DNA from: Histomonas meleagridis 2922-C6/04-290x
Taxonomy: Eukaryota; Protista; Parabasalia
DNA: 64,000 nt
NCBI GenBank assembly: GCA_020184695.1
Contig: JAANOX010000244.1
Span: 1 to 64,000, forward strand
Direction of reading: 5' to 3'
The position numbers and the translations under genes are program-made. Below the pieces are notes generated by a model. It saw only the letters and a program-made list of their open reading frames with translations, did not search any database and was not told the DNA's origin. This document shows, piece after piece, positions 35,369 through 46,600 of this stretch; the first letter of the stretch is position 1; every line of letters starts with the position of its first letter.

Positions 35369-37426
35369 TTAATAAACTCGGTTCCACAACGGGTCATCCA
35401 ACACCTTATAAATTCTCACTATCCAATTTTTAGAAGTGAAAGCTTCTTGGAAGGAATACAAGTGGAAGTTTATATCCTTCACCTCTCCGTATCTCATCAT
35501 ATCTGTACCTTTTGGAATTGACGGGTGGAATTGGAACCTATTAAAGTTATAATAACAAAACTTATACATCATTGATTGCGTCATATTATGTGTTGCAGTT
35601 GGCGTCACTATATTACCTTGATTTCTTGGTGTGTACATATCGCCGCTAATGTTTGTGAATGTTTGATTTGCGATTCTCGGCATCCATAAGAACTTATTAA
35701 TATCATCGCCATCATAACCCGAAGCGCCACCGAATATTACTAACATATAATTCGCATCCATCAAACGCGCAAGACGCCATGCAACAGGCTCCGGAGAACT
35801 CATTGTCATTCCAATGATACCAATGTGCGTAAAGTTATTAGTGTTACCATCAGCCATACATCCGCGTCCTCCCATAGATGTGATTTGATATCCATAATCC
35901 CACCAACTCATTACGCGTTCATCTCTTTGCGTGTTAGTGTATAACCATCGATATGCTTCGCGATAATCATCACTCATTTCTGGGCCTAACGCGGTACGCA
36001 CATAGAAATGGATGTGATCACCAGAATATCCATACGCACTAAACCAAACTGAATGTAAGACAGTGAATACTAACGTGATAAATATTGTGAAGCGAATGAA
36101 ATATGATACTGTGGATGTACTACGGAATGATTTCCGTAATACTTTTTGGATGCCATATGAAACAACAAAGACCATTGATGGAGTAAACACTAATACTAAA
36201 CGAACCATAATAGAAGCAAAATATAATGTCGACATTCCATAGATTAATAATAGGAAAAGTCCTTCAGTATGTTCACTTAAACCAGAACGTAAGATGAAAT
36301 AACAGCCAACAGGGAATAAGAGAATTAAAAATCCACAATCCATGAAATACATGCCCCATGATGATGGCTGATGTTCGGCAACAGATGCAATAATTGGAAT
36401 GTTCTTCGTTGCATATGATGGATCAAACATTTGCATCAATCGACCACTAAAGCCTCCAAGAATTCCGGTGGAAATACCAACGGTAATGAAAAGAAGTAAA
36501 AGAATAGGCATGGACATAAGGGATGTAACAACAGTGGTGTTGTATGATGGCGGTGAAAGGATTTTCTTAATCCACGTGAAAAGTCCCCATATTTGTAATA
36601 CAATAAACGTTCCCAAAAGTGCAAAGTGCTCCGGCTTTTTGAGTACTTTATCTCCAATGAATGGAACTGAGGCAGAAATTAAAGTGCCAACAATTGCCCA
36701 GATAGAATATGAGATGTGAAGACGCCATGAATAATGACCAAGAGCTACAAGGCCGGCTGTAAATAATGGGATACAATTGGAAATAAATACATAACCACCC
36801 CATGTAAGTGACATATAACCATAGAAAAGACCTGAAAAGACAGACATGAATATAGAGCCTGTCTTAAGTGCTAATACAAATGTGTATAAACAACCAACTA
36901 ATATGAATAAGGAAATACATTCATAATCATAAGAACCTGCCATCGAACGGGAAATCATACCTGGAATAAAGGATGTAATAGCGGCAAATAAACAACCTAA
37001 TGAGGAATCTTTGATTAATTGTCCAAAGAGAAATGCTAAAAGTGTTGAAAGAACAGCAAAAACAGGACCAGTAAATACGCAAATATCAAGAAGATCAATC
37101 ATAATGTGCATTTTTTGAAGAGTCCATTTAATGATGGCTGATGTATACATTAAACCTGGATATGCTGTTTCACCAACTGGACGTCCTTGAGGATACCATG
37201 AAATATTATCAAACCATCCAAGGAACTCGTACAAACCATGTTCATTGATATATTGAGTGCAACGCCAATTGAAATGTGGATCAAACTCATGAATATATGG
37301 TTCACCAACAATGTTTGAAAACGTTCTAATACAAAAAGCAAGAACGCAAGATAATAATACAATCGTAAATCTTAGGAAATGAAGGATTTGTTGATATTTT
37401 ACCTTCATAAGTTTGGTTAGATCCAT
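35369..37426 (-). CDS. STT3: Oligosaccharyltransferase catalytic subunit STT3
   Basis: IHEFDPHFNWR, WYPQGR, SRSMAGSYDYE, IIASVAEHQP and MSWWDYGYQI motifs; 685 aa. Confidence 0.97.
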   Translation of the reverse strand: MDLTKLMKVKYQQILHFLRFTIVLLSCVLAFCIRTFSNIVGEPYIHEFDPHFNWRCTQYINEHGLYEFLGWFDNISWYPQGRPVGETAYPGLMYTSAIIKWTLQKMHIMIDLLDICVFTGPVFAVLSTLLAFLFGQLIKDSSLGCLFAAITSFIPGMISRSMAGSYDYECISLFILVGCLYTFVLALKTGSIFMSVFSGLFYGYMSLTWGGYVFISNCIPLFTAGLVALGHYSWRLHISYSIWAIVGTLISASVPFIGDKVLKKPEHFALLGTFIVLQIWGLFTWIKKILSPPSYNTTVVTSLMSMPILLLLFITVGISTGILGGFSGRLMQMFDPSYATKNIPIIASVAEHQPSSWGMYFMDCGFLILLFPVGCYFILRSGLSEHTEGLFLLLIYGMSTLYFASIMVRLVLVFTPSMVFVVSYGIQKVLRKSFRSTSTVSYFIRFTIFITLVFTVLHSVWFSAYGYSGDHIHFYVRTALGPEMSDDYREAYRWLYTNTQRDERVMSWWDYGYQITSMGGRGCMADGNTNNFTHIGIIGMTMSSPEPVAWRLARLMDANYMLVIFGGASGYDGDDINKFLWMPRIANQTFTNISGDMYTPRNQGNIVTPTATHNMTQSMMYKFCYYNFNRFQFHPSIPKGTDMMRYGEVKDINFHLYSFQEAFTSKNWIVRIYKVLDDPLWNRVY

Positions 37427-37494
37427 TCAATTATTGATTATGTCTGTTTCGTTTATATTATTGACAGTGACTGTTAATTTTTTTGAGTGAAAAA

Positions 37495-37938
37495 ATGGAA
37501 GACAAAAACAAAAATAAACTTGATGAACAAGAGATAATCAATCTAATTCAAACAGATTACACAAAAAAGATAGAAGATGTATTAGCTAATGCTAAAAATG
37601 ATTTTGTAAAATCCATTAAATCAAAAATTATTAAATATATTTCAAGTGATACAAAAGTTTTAAAATCTTGTAAAGGACCTAGTGACAATAATGAAGAAGA
37701 TAATAATTTACAACAAAATTCAATAAATTTTCAAAGTGATAAATTGGAACATGATTTTGAAGAACATTCTAACAATAGCATATCAAATAAATCTGATCAT
37801 CAAAGCGAATTATCAGAAGACAATAAAGGAAGTGAAATTACACCAGAAATGAGTGTTAAAGATACAAAATCTGAATCTGAAAATGATGATTTCGATGATT
37901 TTAATCTGGAAAATGAAATTTATGATGATTTTAAATGA
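37495..37938 (+). CDS. Hypothetical acidic protein
   Basis: ORF from ATG at 37495; low-complexity D/E/N/S C-terminus. Confidence 0.5.
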   Translation: MEDKNKNKLDEQEIINLIQTDYTKKIEDVLANAKNDFVKSIKSKIIKYISSDTKVLKSCKGPSDNNEEDNNLQQNSINFQSDKLEHDFEEHSNNSISNKSDHQSELSEDNKGSEITPEMSVKDTKSESENDDFDDFNLENEIYDDFK

Positions 37939-38001
37939 ATTTAAACAACACATTGTATGTAAAAATAAAATTAAACTGTTCTATAATTTTTATTATTTTG
38001 T

Positions 38002-38796
38002 CTACACTTTAATTCTTTTTATTCTTTGGAGATTTGATGTATTTGTTTTTGGTTTATTTTTAGTCTTTTTCAACTCTTCGATTTGTTTCAGCAATTTTTC
38101 TCTTTCTCTATTTAATTGTTCGATCTGAAGGGAAAGTTTTGCATGTGTTTCAGCATTTCTTTGTTGTAAAAGAATTAATTCTTTTTCATAATTAATTTGT
38201 TCTTCCTCTTCTTTCGCTTTATTATTCACTTCTTGAACAAGTTGTTTACATCTGTTAATGAAATCGTTGTTTGTTTTACACCCATAAAAATAACTATTAT
38301 GAGTAACGATTTTTAATACATGTCGATCTTTATGTGTATCTTGATATGTGCTTTCTGGTTCAGTTAATCCTGTGAGTTGAAGCAGATACTCATATTCAAG
38401 TCCTTCGACTTTTTTGAGATTATATCCGCCATTAAGTAATTCAGAAAATAAAGGTATAATTTGCTGAATTAAAGATTGTTGCTGTTGAATAATAACTTTA
38501 AGGTCATTATTTTGATTTTCAATATCTTCATTTGTTGATGAGTAATTATCAATTACATTATTATATGCTTTAGTCTTGGCTTCAATATCATTGACAATTT
38601 GTATTCGTTCGTTTCTTAGTTGAGCATTTTCTGTTGAAATTTCTTCAATTTCTTTTGACAATGATTCGATTTGTTTCTGTAAAGTTTCTAGAGAAATTCT
38701 TGATTTCTTTCGTTTTATCTGTGGAGCAGGTGTTAAAGGCGCTGTTTCAAAAACATATGGAATTCCTTTTGAGGTTAGAAGGAAACTATCGTCCAT
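38002..38796 (-). CDS. Hypothetical coiled-coil protein
   Basis: 264-aa ORF with heptad-rich E/Q/K/L segments. Confidence 0.6.
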   Translation of the reverse strand: MDDSFLLTSKGIPYVFETAPLTPAPQIKRKKSRISLETLQKQIESLSKEIEEISTENAQLRNERIQIVNDIEAKTKAYNNVIDNYSSTNEDIENQNNDLKVIIQQQQSLIQQIIPLFSELLNGGYNLKKVEGLEYEYLLQLTGLTEPESTYQDTHKDRHVLKIVTHNSYFYGCKTNNDFINRCKQLVQEVNNKAKEEEEQINYEKELILLQQRNAETHAKLSLQIEQLNREREKLLKQIEELKKTKNKPKTNTSNLQRIKRIKV

Positions 38797-38905
38797 TTAT
38801 TGCGTTAACGGTCGATAAGCACTTTTTTTAATAAAATGTCTAATTTCTCAAAAAAAAAATTGAGTAAAGTAAGTCTTATAAGTACTTTTATAAAATACCA
38901 GTTGG

Positions 38906-39199
38906 TTAATTAAACTGAGAAAGAGATTTTTGCATTCTTTGAACATTTTGCACAAAATCATTGAATTGTGGAATTGACATTGTGATTGGATATGATAAAA
39001 AGTTTCCATTCCTATCAACACCTTTGAACACCAGGGAAACAAATGGAGAAGGGCTTTGATCACCTGCACTATTACCAACACTCATTCCAATTTCCCAATC
39101 AACAGAATAATACATGGACTTATTTTCGAGTTGAGCCATTGAAAGAGATGTGACCTCGTCTATGAGATTTAGTTTTCCTTTAAGTTCCTCAGCGCTCAT
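38906..39199 (-). CDS. COMM-domain protein (short, COMMD6-like)
   Basis: VDWEIGMSVGNS...PSPFVSLVF...ITMSIPQFNDFVQNVQRM matches the COMM domain pattern, with no N-terminal helical domain. Confidence 0.75.
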   Translation of the reverse strand: MSAEELKGKLNLIDEVTSLSMAQLENKSMYYSVDWEIGMSVGNSAGDQSPSPFVSLVFKGVDRNGNFLSYPITMSIPQFNDFVQNVQRMQKSLSQFN

Positions 39200-39295
39200 C
39201 TTTTGTTCAGTGTTTTTTGCCTCTTGACTGATTATTTTGAATTAAAATAATTGGCACATTTTTTTCAATTCAATTTTCCATAACGGATATTCGTT

Positions 39296-41560
39296 ATGGA
39301 TGAGTTTGAAGAAGAAGAACAAATCGAAGATCATTTATTAAATGTTAGTATTGATTATAGGCAAGTGCAAGATATCCTTTCTGAACTTTTCTTCAAGATT
39401 GATGAATTAAATAAAAAAATCATTGAAATTAATGAAAAAAATGAATTTGATAAATTAGAACAAAAAATAGAAAAATTATCTGAACAAATTGATCGAATAA
39501 ACTCTGCCCCGGAAGTTCAAAAAGCAGATCCAATGCTTATAGAAGAAAACATATATGATGAAATGGATAAGCGAATCAATAATCTTAAAAAAGAAATCGA
39601 AGTAAATAATCAAAAAACAAAGAATGAAATTAGTAATCATGTGAATGATCAAATTTCACAGTCAACAAAAACAATTGATAATCTAAAAAAACAATACATA
39701 AGTTTAGATCGATATAATACTCTTTTATCAAGAATCAATAAATTAGAAGGAGGAACACCACAAGACGTCAAAATATCCACAAACCCCGTAACAATAAGAG
39801 AAGTTAATCAAAGTTTAGATCCAACATCAATTACAGATTCCATTGAACATATTAAAAATAGAATCAATGAAATGGATAAAATTCAAACATCGAACTCTAA
39901 ACGAATTCAATCTGTTGAATCAATTGTATGTAATCTCATTAATGAAAAAGACGTTGATCATTTGAATGATCAACAAAACGAACAAATTCCAAAATCAAAA
40001 AACGAACAAAACTTCAAACAAAAAAGTGATCAAAGCACAAAACAAAAAAATGAACAAACTCCGAAACATCTTAAAACAACAGCACAAAAATCATCATTTA
40101 AAAGTTCACCAAAAACTCACCATAACCAAAAACAAATAATTAATGTAAATGAATCATCAACTAAAAACATTAATAAAGGACAATCAAATCAATTTGATCA
40201 ATTTCAAGCCGAAATTCAAATGTTAAAAGAAGCGCAAAAAGAACTTCAACAACAAATTATGAAACAAAACAAACTCATTACAGAACTAACGAAAAATAAT
40301 ATTAATTCATCATCATCTTCAAGTTTTGGTAAATATATAAATAATGAAACAAAATCAAACTCAAATTCACATTCGTTTAATCATAGATTTAATACGAATA
40401 ATAATAAAAATAATAATAATAACTATGATGGTGGAAAAACAATAATATATCGTTTGTCACCACCACCAAATGTTCCTAAAGATAAAAATGAAGAAAATGA
40501 AGAAGAAATTGTTAAAGATGATAATGATAAAAATTCTAAAATAGAAAATATCAAAAATGAAAATAATATTAAAAACGACAATTTAAATAATTTCAGAAAT
40601 GAAAACTTTCAAAATGTTAAAAATGAAAAAGGAAAAATTACTGAAAAAGATAACACAAAGCAATTAAATAATAATATAGAAATTAATAATAAAAAAGAAA
40701 TTAATAACATTGAAAATAATCAGCAATATAATAATCAAAATGAAGGAAATGATAAACAAATTGAAACAACTCAATCAAAAAATAAAATGATTCCAAAAAT
40801 AATTTTAGATGTTCCAAATATTAAAATAGCAGACGACCGTTTAGATCGCGATCGAAAACCGTTAAATAATGAAAACGAAACCCATTGTAATGAAGGAAAT
40901 AACATTATTAATGCCAATATTGATGAAATTAACAAAATAGAAGAAACAATAAATTGGATATTAGATGAAATAGAAGATCTTGGAAATAAAACAGAAAAAT
41001 TAATGAAATTTACTCATATGGGAAAAGGAGATGAAACTTTACGAGAAATGCTAAACCAAGTTAGGTTCGAATTCAACCAAAGACTTCTCGGACTTACTCC
41101 AAAAGAAGTTGAAGATATGACAAGTTTTGCTCCACTCGCTGTTGTTAAACAAGTTTCCAAAAACTTTCAATCATCAATTGATGGTGTTGAAAAACAAATC
41201 TCAATGTTAAAAGATTTTTTGAAAAATCTTGTATCAAGAAATGATTTGCAAGCGATGATGGAAAAGCTAAACAGCATTGAAATAGGGAATGCAAACGAAA
41301 CTGCTGGAGGAAGGCTTGGAATCAGTTGTTTGTTATGCGGAAGACCAGTTCAAAAAGTTACTGGAATGATCACAGAAGGAGACGTTGCAAGGTTATTAGG
41401 AACGCCTCCTGGGAGTATAGCAGGAATAAGCAGGGGCAGCAACAAATATGTGTTAGTGTATGGAAATGAAGTTATGAAAAACAGTAAAGCAAAGAAAAAG
41501 ACACAACTTCCTCCCATACAAAAGCCACCGAACGGAGGGCCTTCTCCACATGAAAAATAG
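39296..41560 (+). CDS. Coiled-coil protein with Asn-rich middle and C-terminal CxxC (DUF4795-like) region
   Basis: 754-aa ORF; TAGGRLGISCLLCGRPV near the C-terminus. Confidence 0.55.
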   Translation: MDEFEEEEQIEDHLLNVSIDYRQVQDILSELFFKIDELNKKIIEINEKNEFDKLEQKIEKLSEQIDRINSAPEVQKADPMLIEENIYDEMDKRINNLKKEIEVNNQKTKNEISNHVNDQISQSTKTIDNLKKQYISLDRYNTLLSRINKLEGGTPQDVKISTNPVTIREVNQSLDPTSITDSIEHIKNRINEMDKIQTSNSKRIQSVESIVCNLINEKDVDHLNDQQNEQIPKSKNEQNFKQKSDQSTKQKNEQTPKHLKTTAQKSSFKSSPKTHHNQKQIINVNESSTKNINKGQSNQFDQFQAEIQMLKEAQKELQQQIMKQNKLITELTKNNINSSSSSSFGKYINNETKSNSNSHSFNHRFNTNNNKNNNNNYDGGKTIIYRLSPPPNVPKDKNEENEEEIVKDDNDKNSKIENIKNENNIKNDNLNNFRNENFQNVKNEKGKITEKDNTKQLNNNIEINNKKEINNIENNQQYNNQNEGNDKQIETTQSKNKMIPKIILDVPNIKIADDRLDRDRKPLNNENETHCNEGNNIINANIDEINKIEETINWILDEIEDLGNKTEKLMKFTHMGKGDETLREMLNQVRFEFNQRLLGLTPKEVEDMTSFAPLAVVKQVSKNFQSSIDGVEKQISMLKDFLKNLVSRNDLQAMMEKLNSIEIGNANETAGGRLGISCLLCGRPVQKVTGMITEGDVARLLGTPPGSIAGISRGSNKYVLVYGNEVMKNSKAKKKTQLPPIQKPPNGGPSPHEK

Positions 41561-41922
41561 GATCAATGAATGAAATGTTTGTATTTGTGTCTTCATATTG
41601 TTTATAAATTTTGCCTTTGAGATATCTTCACCAATGTCTTTTCTTTGAACGTTGAAATGTGTACGATCAGTTCATTTCATTAGAGGACATATTTCTAAAA
41701 CTATCAAACTTTAGAATCTGCCAATAATCCAAGAAAACTGTTCCAATGACCGGCCATAACCGTCTAAACTTTTGAATAAATATTTCCAAAACGATGTCGA
41801 TATTTCAACTTTTTAAGTGTTTCAATAGTTTGGACAAAGATTTGTATGGATGCGGTTGTGATTCATGAAATTGAGAATATTACAACTATTTTGAGGATAA
41901 CCAACCCACGCCCATTTTAGTT

Positions 41923-42510
41923 ATGATTCCAGTTCAAGATCCTATGTCAAAAAGAAATAAAAGAGGTAAAAAAGAAAAGGATATAGTGATCGAAAGGATG
42001 GTTTTATATGGTGAATATCTACCTGAAGTTATGGATGCATTCTTATCTCACAACTTAAAAGAAGCAAAATTCATGAGACACATACAAAAAGCTGTTTGTC
42101 AAAAGTTCAACATATCAACTGATCGTGCTGCTTGGAGAACAAAAGCAGGAATGAAAGGATGGTTTTGTATGCATTGGCCATCTATAAAAGAATTTGTAAG
42201 AGACTTCGTTGGTGAACTCGGAAAACAAGAAGATATAGTTGCTTTAAGGAGTAAGAAAAATAGGAATAACAAATTTAGTATACATACTTATGATGCTCCT
42301 TGGATAAACGAATTAAGGAAAAACGAGAAAACAACATTGCCACCAATAAGTACTCTTCTTGGTGCTGATATGTTTTCTTTTGGCCTAACAAATAACAATT
42401 TCGAACAGGATAATCGAAATTCATATATATTCCATCCTATCAGCACTGGATCTTTTGATGATTTGCCTTTGATTAATTCTCTAAGGCATAATCATGTTCA
42501 CAAGATTTAA
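41923..42510 (+). CDS. Hypothetical protein with small basic trichomonad-type domain
   Basis: 195-aa ORF; RAAWRTKAGMKGWFCMHWPSI segment. Confidence 0.5.
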   Translation: MIPVQDPMSKRNKRGKKEKDIVIERMVLYGEYLPEVMDAFLSHNLKEAKFMRHIQKAVCQKFNISTDRAAWRTKAGMKGWFCMHWPSIKEFVRDFVGELGKQEDIVALRSKKNRNNKFSIHTYDAPWINELRKNEKTTLPPISTLLGADMFSFGLTNNNFEQDNRNSYIFHPISTGSFDDLPLINSLRHNHVHKI

Positions 42511-42879
42511 AACAAATACTGTAAACATTTGATTTTTCGTTAAATTTCTATTTGGAAAAAATTGAGTTTGAAGATTCTTCGCTTTGTTATAATATGTTGC
42601 ACTCTTTTTTGGCAGACCATCTGAGATTTTTCGTTAAAAAAATTGCAGGGATTTTTTTTAAAAATCTCATGTTGTTTTTCGAAAAGAGGCTGAATTTGAA
42701 CAAACTCAACATCTCTTTTAGATAAAATATGAAATTTTATTGAATAAAAGAAGACAACAAACAGCCAATCTATCGTTACCTGAAATGACAAAAATTTAAT
42801 CGTTTTTTATTCTGGATATTTTGTTCTTTCGAAAGAAGTGCAATTGAAAAGTGCGGCTAAAGCCTTAAGGCTTGCATCT

Positions 42880-43509
42880 TCTTATCCATTCATTAAATAA
42901 GTTATTCGGATTATGTCCTTCTCTAATTATTTGTTTTTGTAGTTCCCAATCATTCTTCTTTGAAAGTTCTTCATAATTATCTAAAAACTCATTTCCAAAT
43001 GAACAAGTATAAAATCTAAAATATTTATTAAAGAATTTTTCTAATTCTTCAAAAGATTTGTGATGAAAAAATTTAATGGTTCTTCTTTTTTTTGAAATAA
43101 CAAAAGATCAATCAAATTTTCTTTAAACATTTTTTCAAAAAGATAATGTGATTTTTGTGAGTTATCCTTAGGAAGAAAATCTCTAAAGCCATTAATAAAT
43201 TCATAATTATGAATTCATTGATTTCTTTTTCTTTGTTATCAATTTGTTTCAAAAAATTTAAATGTATGTTAAAGCCTTTCTTTTGCGAAAGAATTGATGA
43301 ATATCATTTGAATGAGAATAAAATTTGAATAAGATGACAATTAATCATTACTTAACAGACATATGATAGTATCAATAGATTGAAGAATGTTATCTTTACT
43401 CAAGCTAAAAATAATTTCTTCAAGAGATTCTAAATCTTGTATAAACTTGGGAATATAAATAATACTGTATCAATGTTTTTGTTTCATCTTAATTGGTATT
43501 ATTGTTCAT
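42880..43509 (-). pseudogene. DUF3447-type N-terminal relic
   Basis: FYTCSFGNEFLDNYEELSKKNDWELQKQIIREGHNPN remnants with stops. Confidence 0.6.
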
Positions 43510-43678
43510 TATTGAGTTTTAATATTAATATTTAAAAATTACTATAATATGATACACCAAGAGTTGCAAAAAAATAAATTTTGTGGGTTTTTGTGAAACA
43601 TGAAATTAAAATATGTCATTTATTAGTTCTGAAAAATTTGTGTCAAATATTTTTTATCTTTTTTTTTCAACTTGAAAA

Positions 43679-46600
43679 ATGAAAAAAGGATTTTTCCGAA
43701 ACTCATCCAAGGATAAAAAACAACACAAAACAGAATTACACCCCATTGCATATTTGCTTAAAGCTCGAAATTCCAAATTTCACGATTTCTTTCCTGAAGG
43801 GTGTGTTGAAAATGATTTATCCATTTTGGAAAAACTTCCTTTTTTTACACCTCAATGCATCCAAGATTTATCGAACTACTTAAAAGAAGGTCAAACACTT
43901 TATTATTCAATTCATCAAGTTAATTTCTCATATCATTTTTCCACCACGGAATTAACAGATTTTTTAACTAAAACTGATAATGCAAGGCCTCTTACAATTT
44001 CCGAAACCATATTATTTATGTTTAATTGTTTAGCGTGGCTTAATGATATTCCAACCAATACAGATATTGTAGATCTTAAAATTTTTGGAGACATGATTAA
44101 CTTGCTAAACATAACACTAACCAATTTCAATCAAGTTTATTATCTCCATATCTTTTTTGGTTTAATGACAGTTTATATCACTCAAGATTTGTTTCCATTT
44201 TCCAATCATATTATAATGATTTTTATTATACACATTTTAAAGAATCAATTAATAGATGATTCGTATTCTAATATAATTCTTTCACTTACACAAAAATGTC
44301 TTGAAACTGAAGATCCCGAAGTGATCAATTCCATTTTATCAACGATTTTATATTTATTAGAAAAGCGAAGTAAAACGTTTCAAAGTTTAAATAGTTCCTC
44401 ATTAATTAAAACCATTTCCAAACAAATTTATGATTTTGATAAGACTGCGTTAGGAATTTTATTTATTGTTGAAAAGAATTCCACGAATTTACCCGAAATT
44501 TATAATATTTATAATACATTTTTTGAGATTTTTTTGATACATTTAATGCGTAAAAATTCAATTGAGTTTCCAATTGAAGAAGTAATGAAAGAAAAAGAGA
44601 ATTCATTAGTTGTTGGCGATAGTTCTGACTTCAAAATTCCACCAGAAGAATTAATACAATCGAAAACTGATTTAAATGAATCCTTAAGCACCAAAATCAA
44701 AGTTAATTCATATGAAATAAAATTATTCATCAAAAATTCGACTGATGAATATCTTTCAATCTTATCAAACACTATTAAAAATTCGCATGATTTAATATAT
44801 AAATCAGATTATCAAATCGATTTAATGATTATTTTATCATTACTATTAAAGACATTTAAAAAACGTAACTTAAGTAATGAATTAATATCATTAATATTTA
44901 ATTCGATTTTGTTTTCAACAAATAATTCGATTTTTTCCGAAAAGCCAATTAGTGATAAGTTAAATATCATTCGAAATCATATTTTTAATGAGATAGCTAA
45001 AGTTGATTCGACTTATTTCACTCCGATTTTAGGTAAATTCTCTTCAAGTCCTTATTTATTTGCCGAATGTATAATGAGATTAACTTATATATATGGGAAT
45101 TCATTCTTTGCAAACTCTGATATATTATATGATATGATTTGTGCTGCAGGAATATTGCAACAAAATTTTACGTTTTATGGTTCTGGTGAGAAATCACTTG
45201 CATTAAAAGTCATTATGTCTGTTTTGATATCATTATTAGAAAATTATGAAATTTCGAAAATTACTTTTTTTAATGATAAATTCTTTTCTTTTTTGATTAA
45301 TATGTTATCAGATCCGCCATTATTTAAAATTGTTTTTAATTCATTTATTAATTGTTTATCTAAATTCGATGATTTACCTGTGCAAATTATGGATTTCTTA
45401 AATATGTTATTAGAACATTGTTTAATCCATAAAAATGATAAATATTTTTTGGATATAGCTAAAGAATTTATTAAAGGAATTTTACATGTGATATCTCATA
45501 ATATATCATTAGGTAATCGATTTTCACCTATTTTAAATCATTGTTTAATGTTATTAAATGAATTTTCTGATAAAGAATCATTAGAATTCGGATATTCTTT
45601 ATTGTCTTATATATCACAAACAGATCCAACATTTAAAATATCATCGAAACGATTTAATTTAATTGCTGATTTAGTATTAAAAATTGAAGGTAATGATCCA
45701 TCTGAATCAACGTTCCAATATTTCATTAATTTTTTAAATGCTTCAACAAATTTAGCAAAAGGTCAAATGTTTTTAATACAAATACCAAGTTTTATAACAT
45801 TAATATTTACATTATTTTCAAATCAATTAAAGAAAACAATTGATTTGTTCATCCAAATTTGTTTACATTCGACACAAAATATTATAAATTGTCATAAAGG
45901 TGAATTAGATTATTTTTTGTTGATGTCATTAAAAGGAGAATTTATATATAAAAAACGAAAAATTTTATTGAAATATAATGATGAATTAATTGATGATGTA
46001 TTAAACTTATTAAAAATTATGACTTCTGTATGTTCATCAGTTTTAGTTAATAATACATTTATATCATTAATATTTCCACAAGATGGAAAATTCTTACCTA
46101 TAGCTACTAAAGTATTACAATCAATACATTCAGTTTTATCGAATGTTGATGATTTAGGATTCCAAATATGTTCACCAAATCCTGTATATATTGTTAATGA
46201 AATAGATCCTAAAATTATAGAAAATGGATTTGTTTTTACATTTTATGCAAAAATTGATGTTTCATATGCACAAAAGTTTAATGGATCATTTGACTTTTTA
46301 CATATATTTGATAAATCTAATCAATATATAGATATATCACAAAAACAAGAATCATTCATTGTTCGATATGAAGGAATTAAATATCGAACTACAGCAAAAC
46401 TTAAATTACCAATTCCTGATAATAAATGGACATTTTTTGTTGTATTTATTAGAAGGGAATTAGAAACGAATCGAATCATAGTGTATTTTAAAGTTAATGA
46501 TTCATATTCTGATCGAATTATATTTAAAGAAAATGAATTCGAAGGAAAAGTTAAAATTCATATTGGAAGAACTTGTAGTTCATATTTAGATGAATATTCT

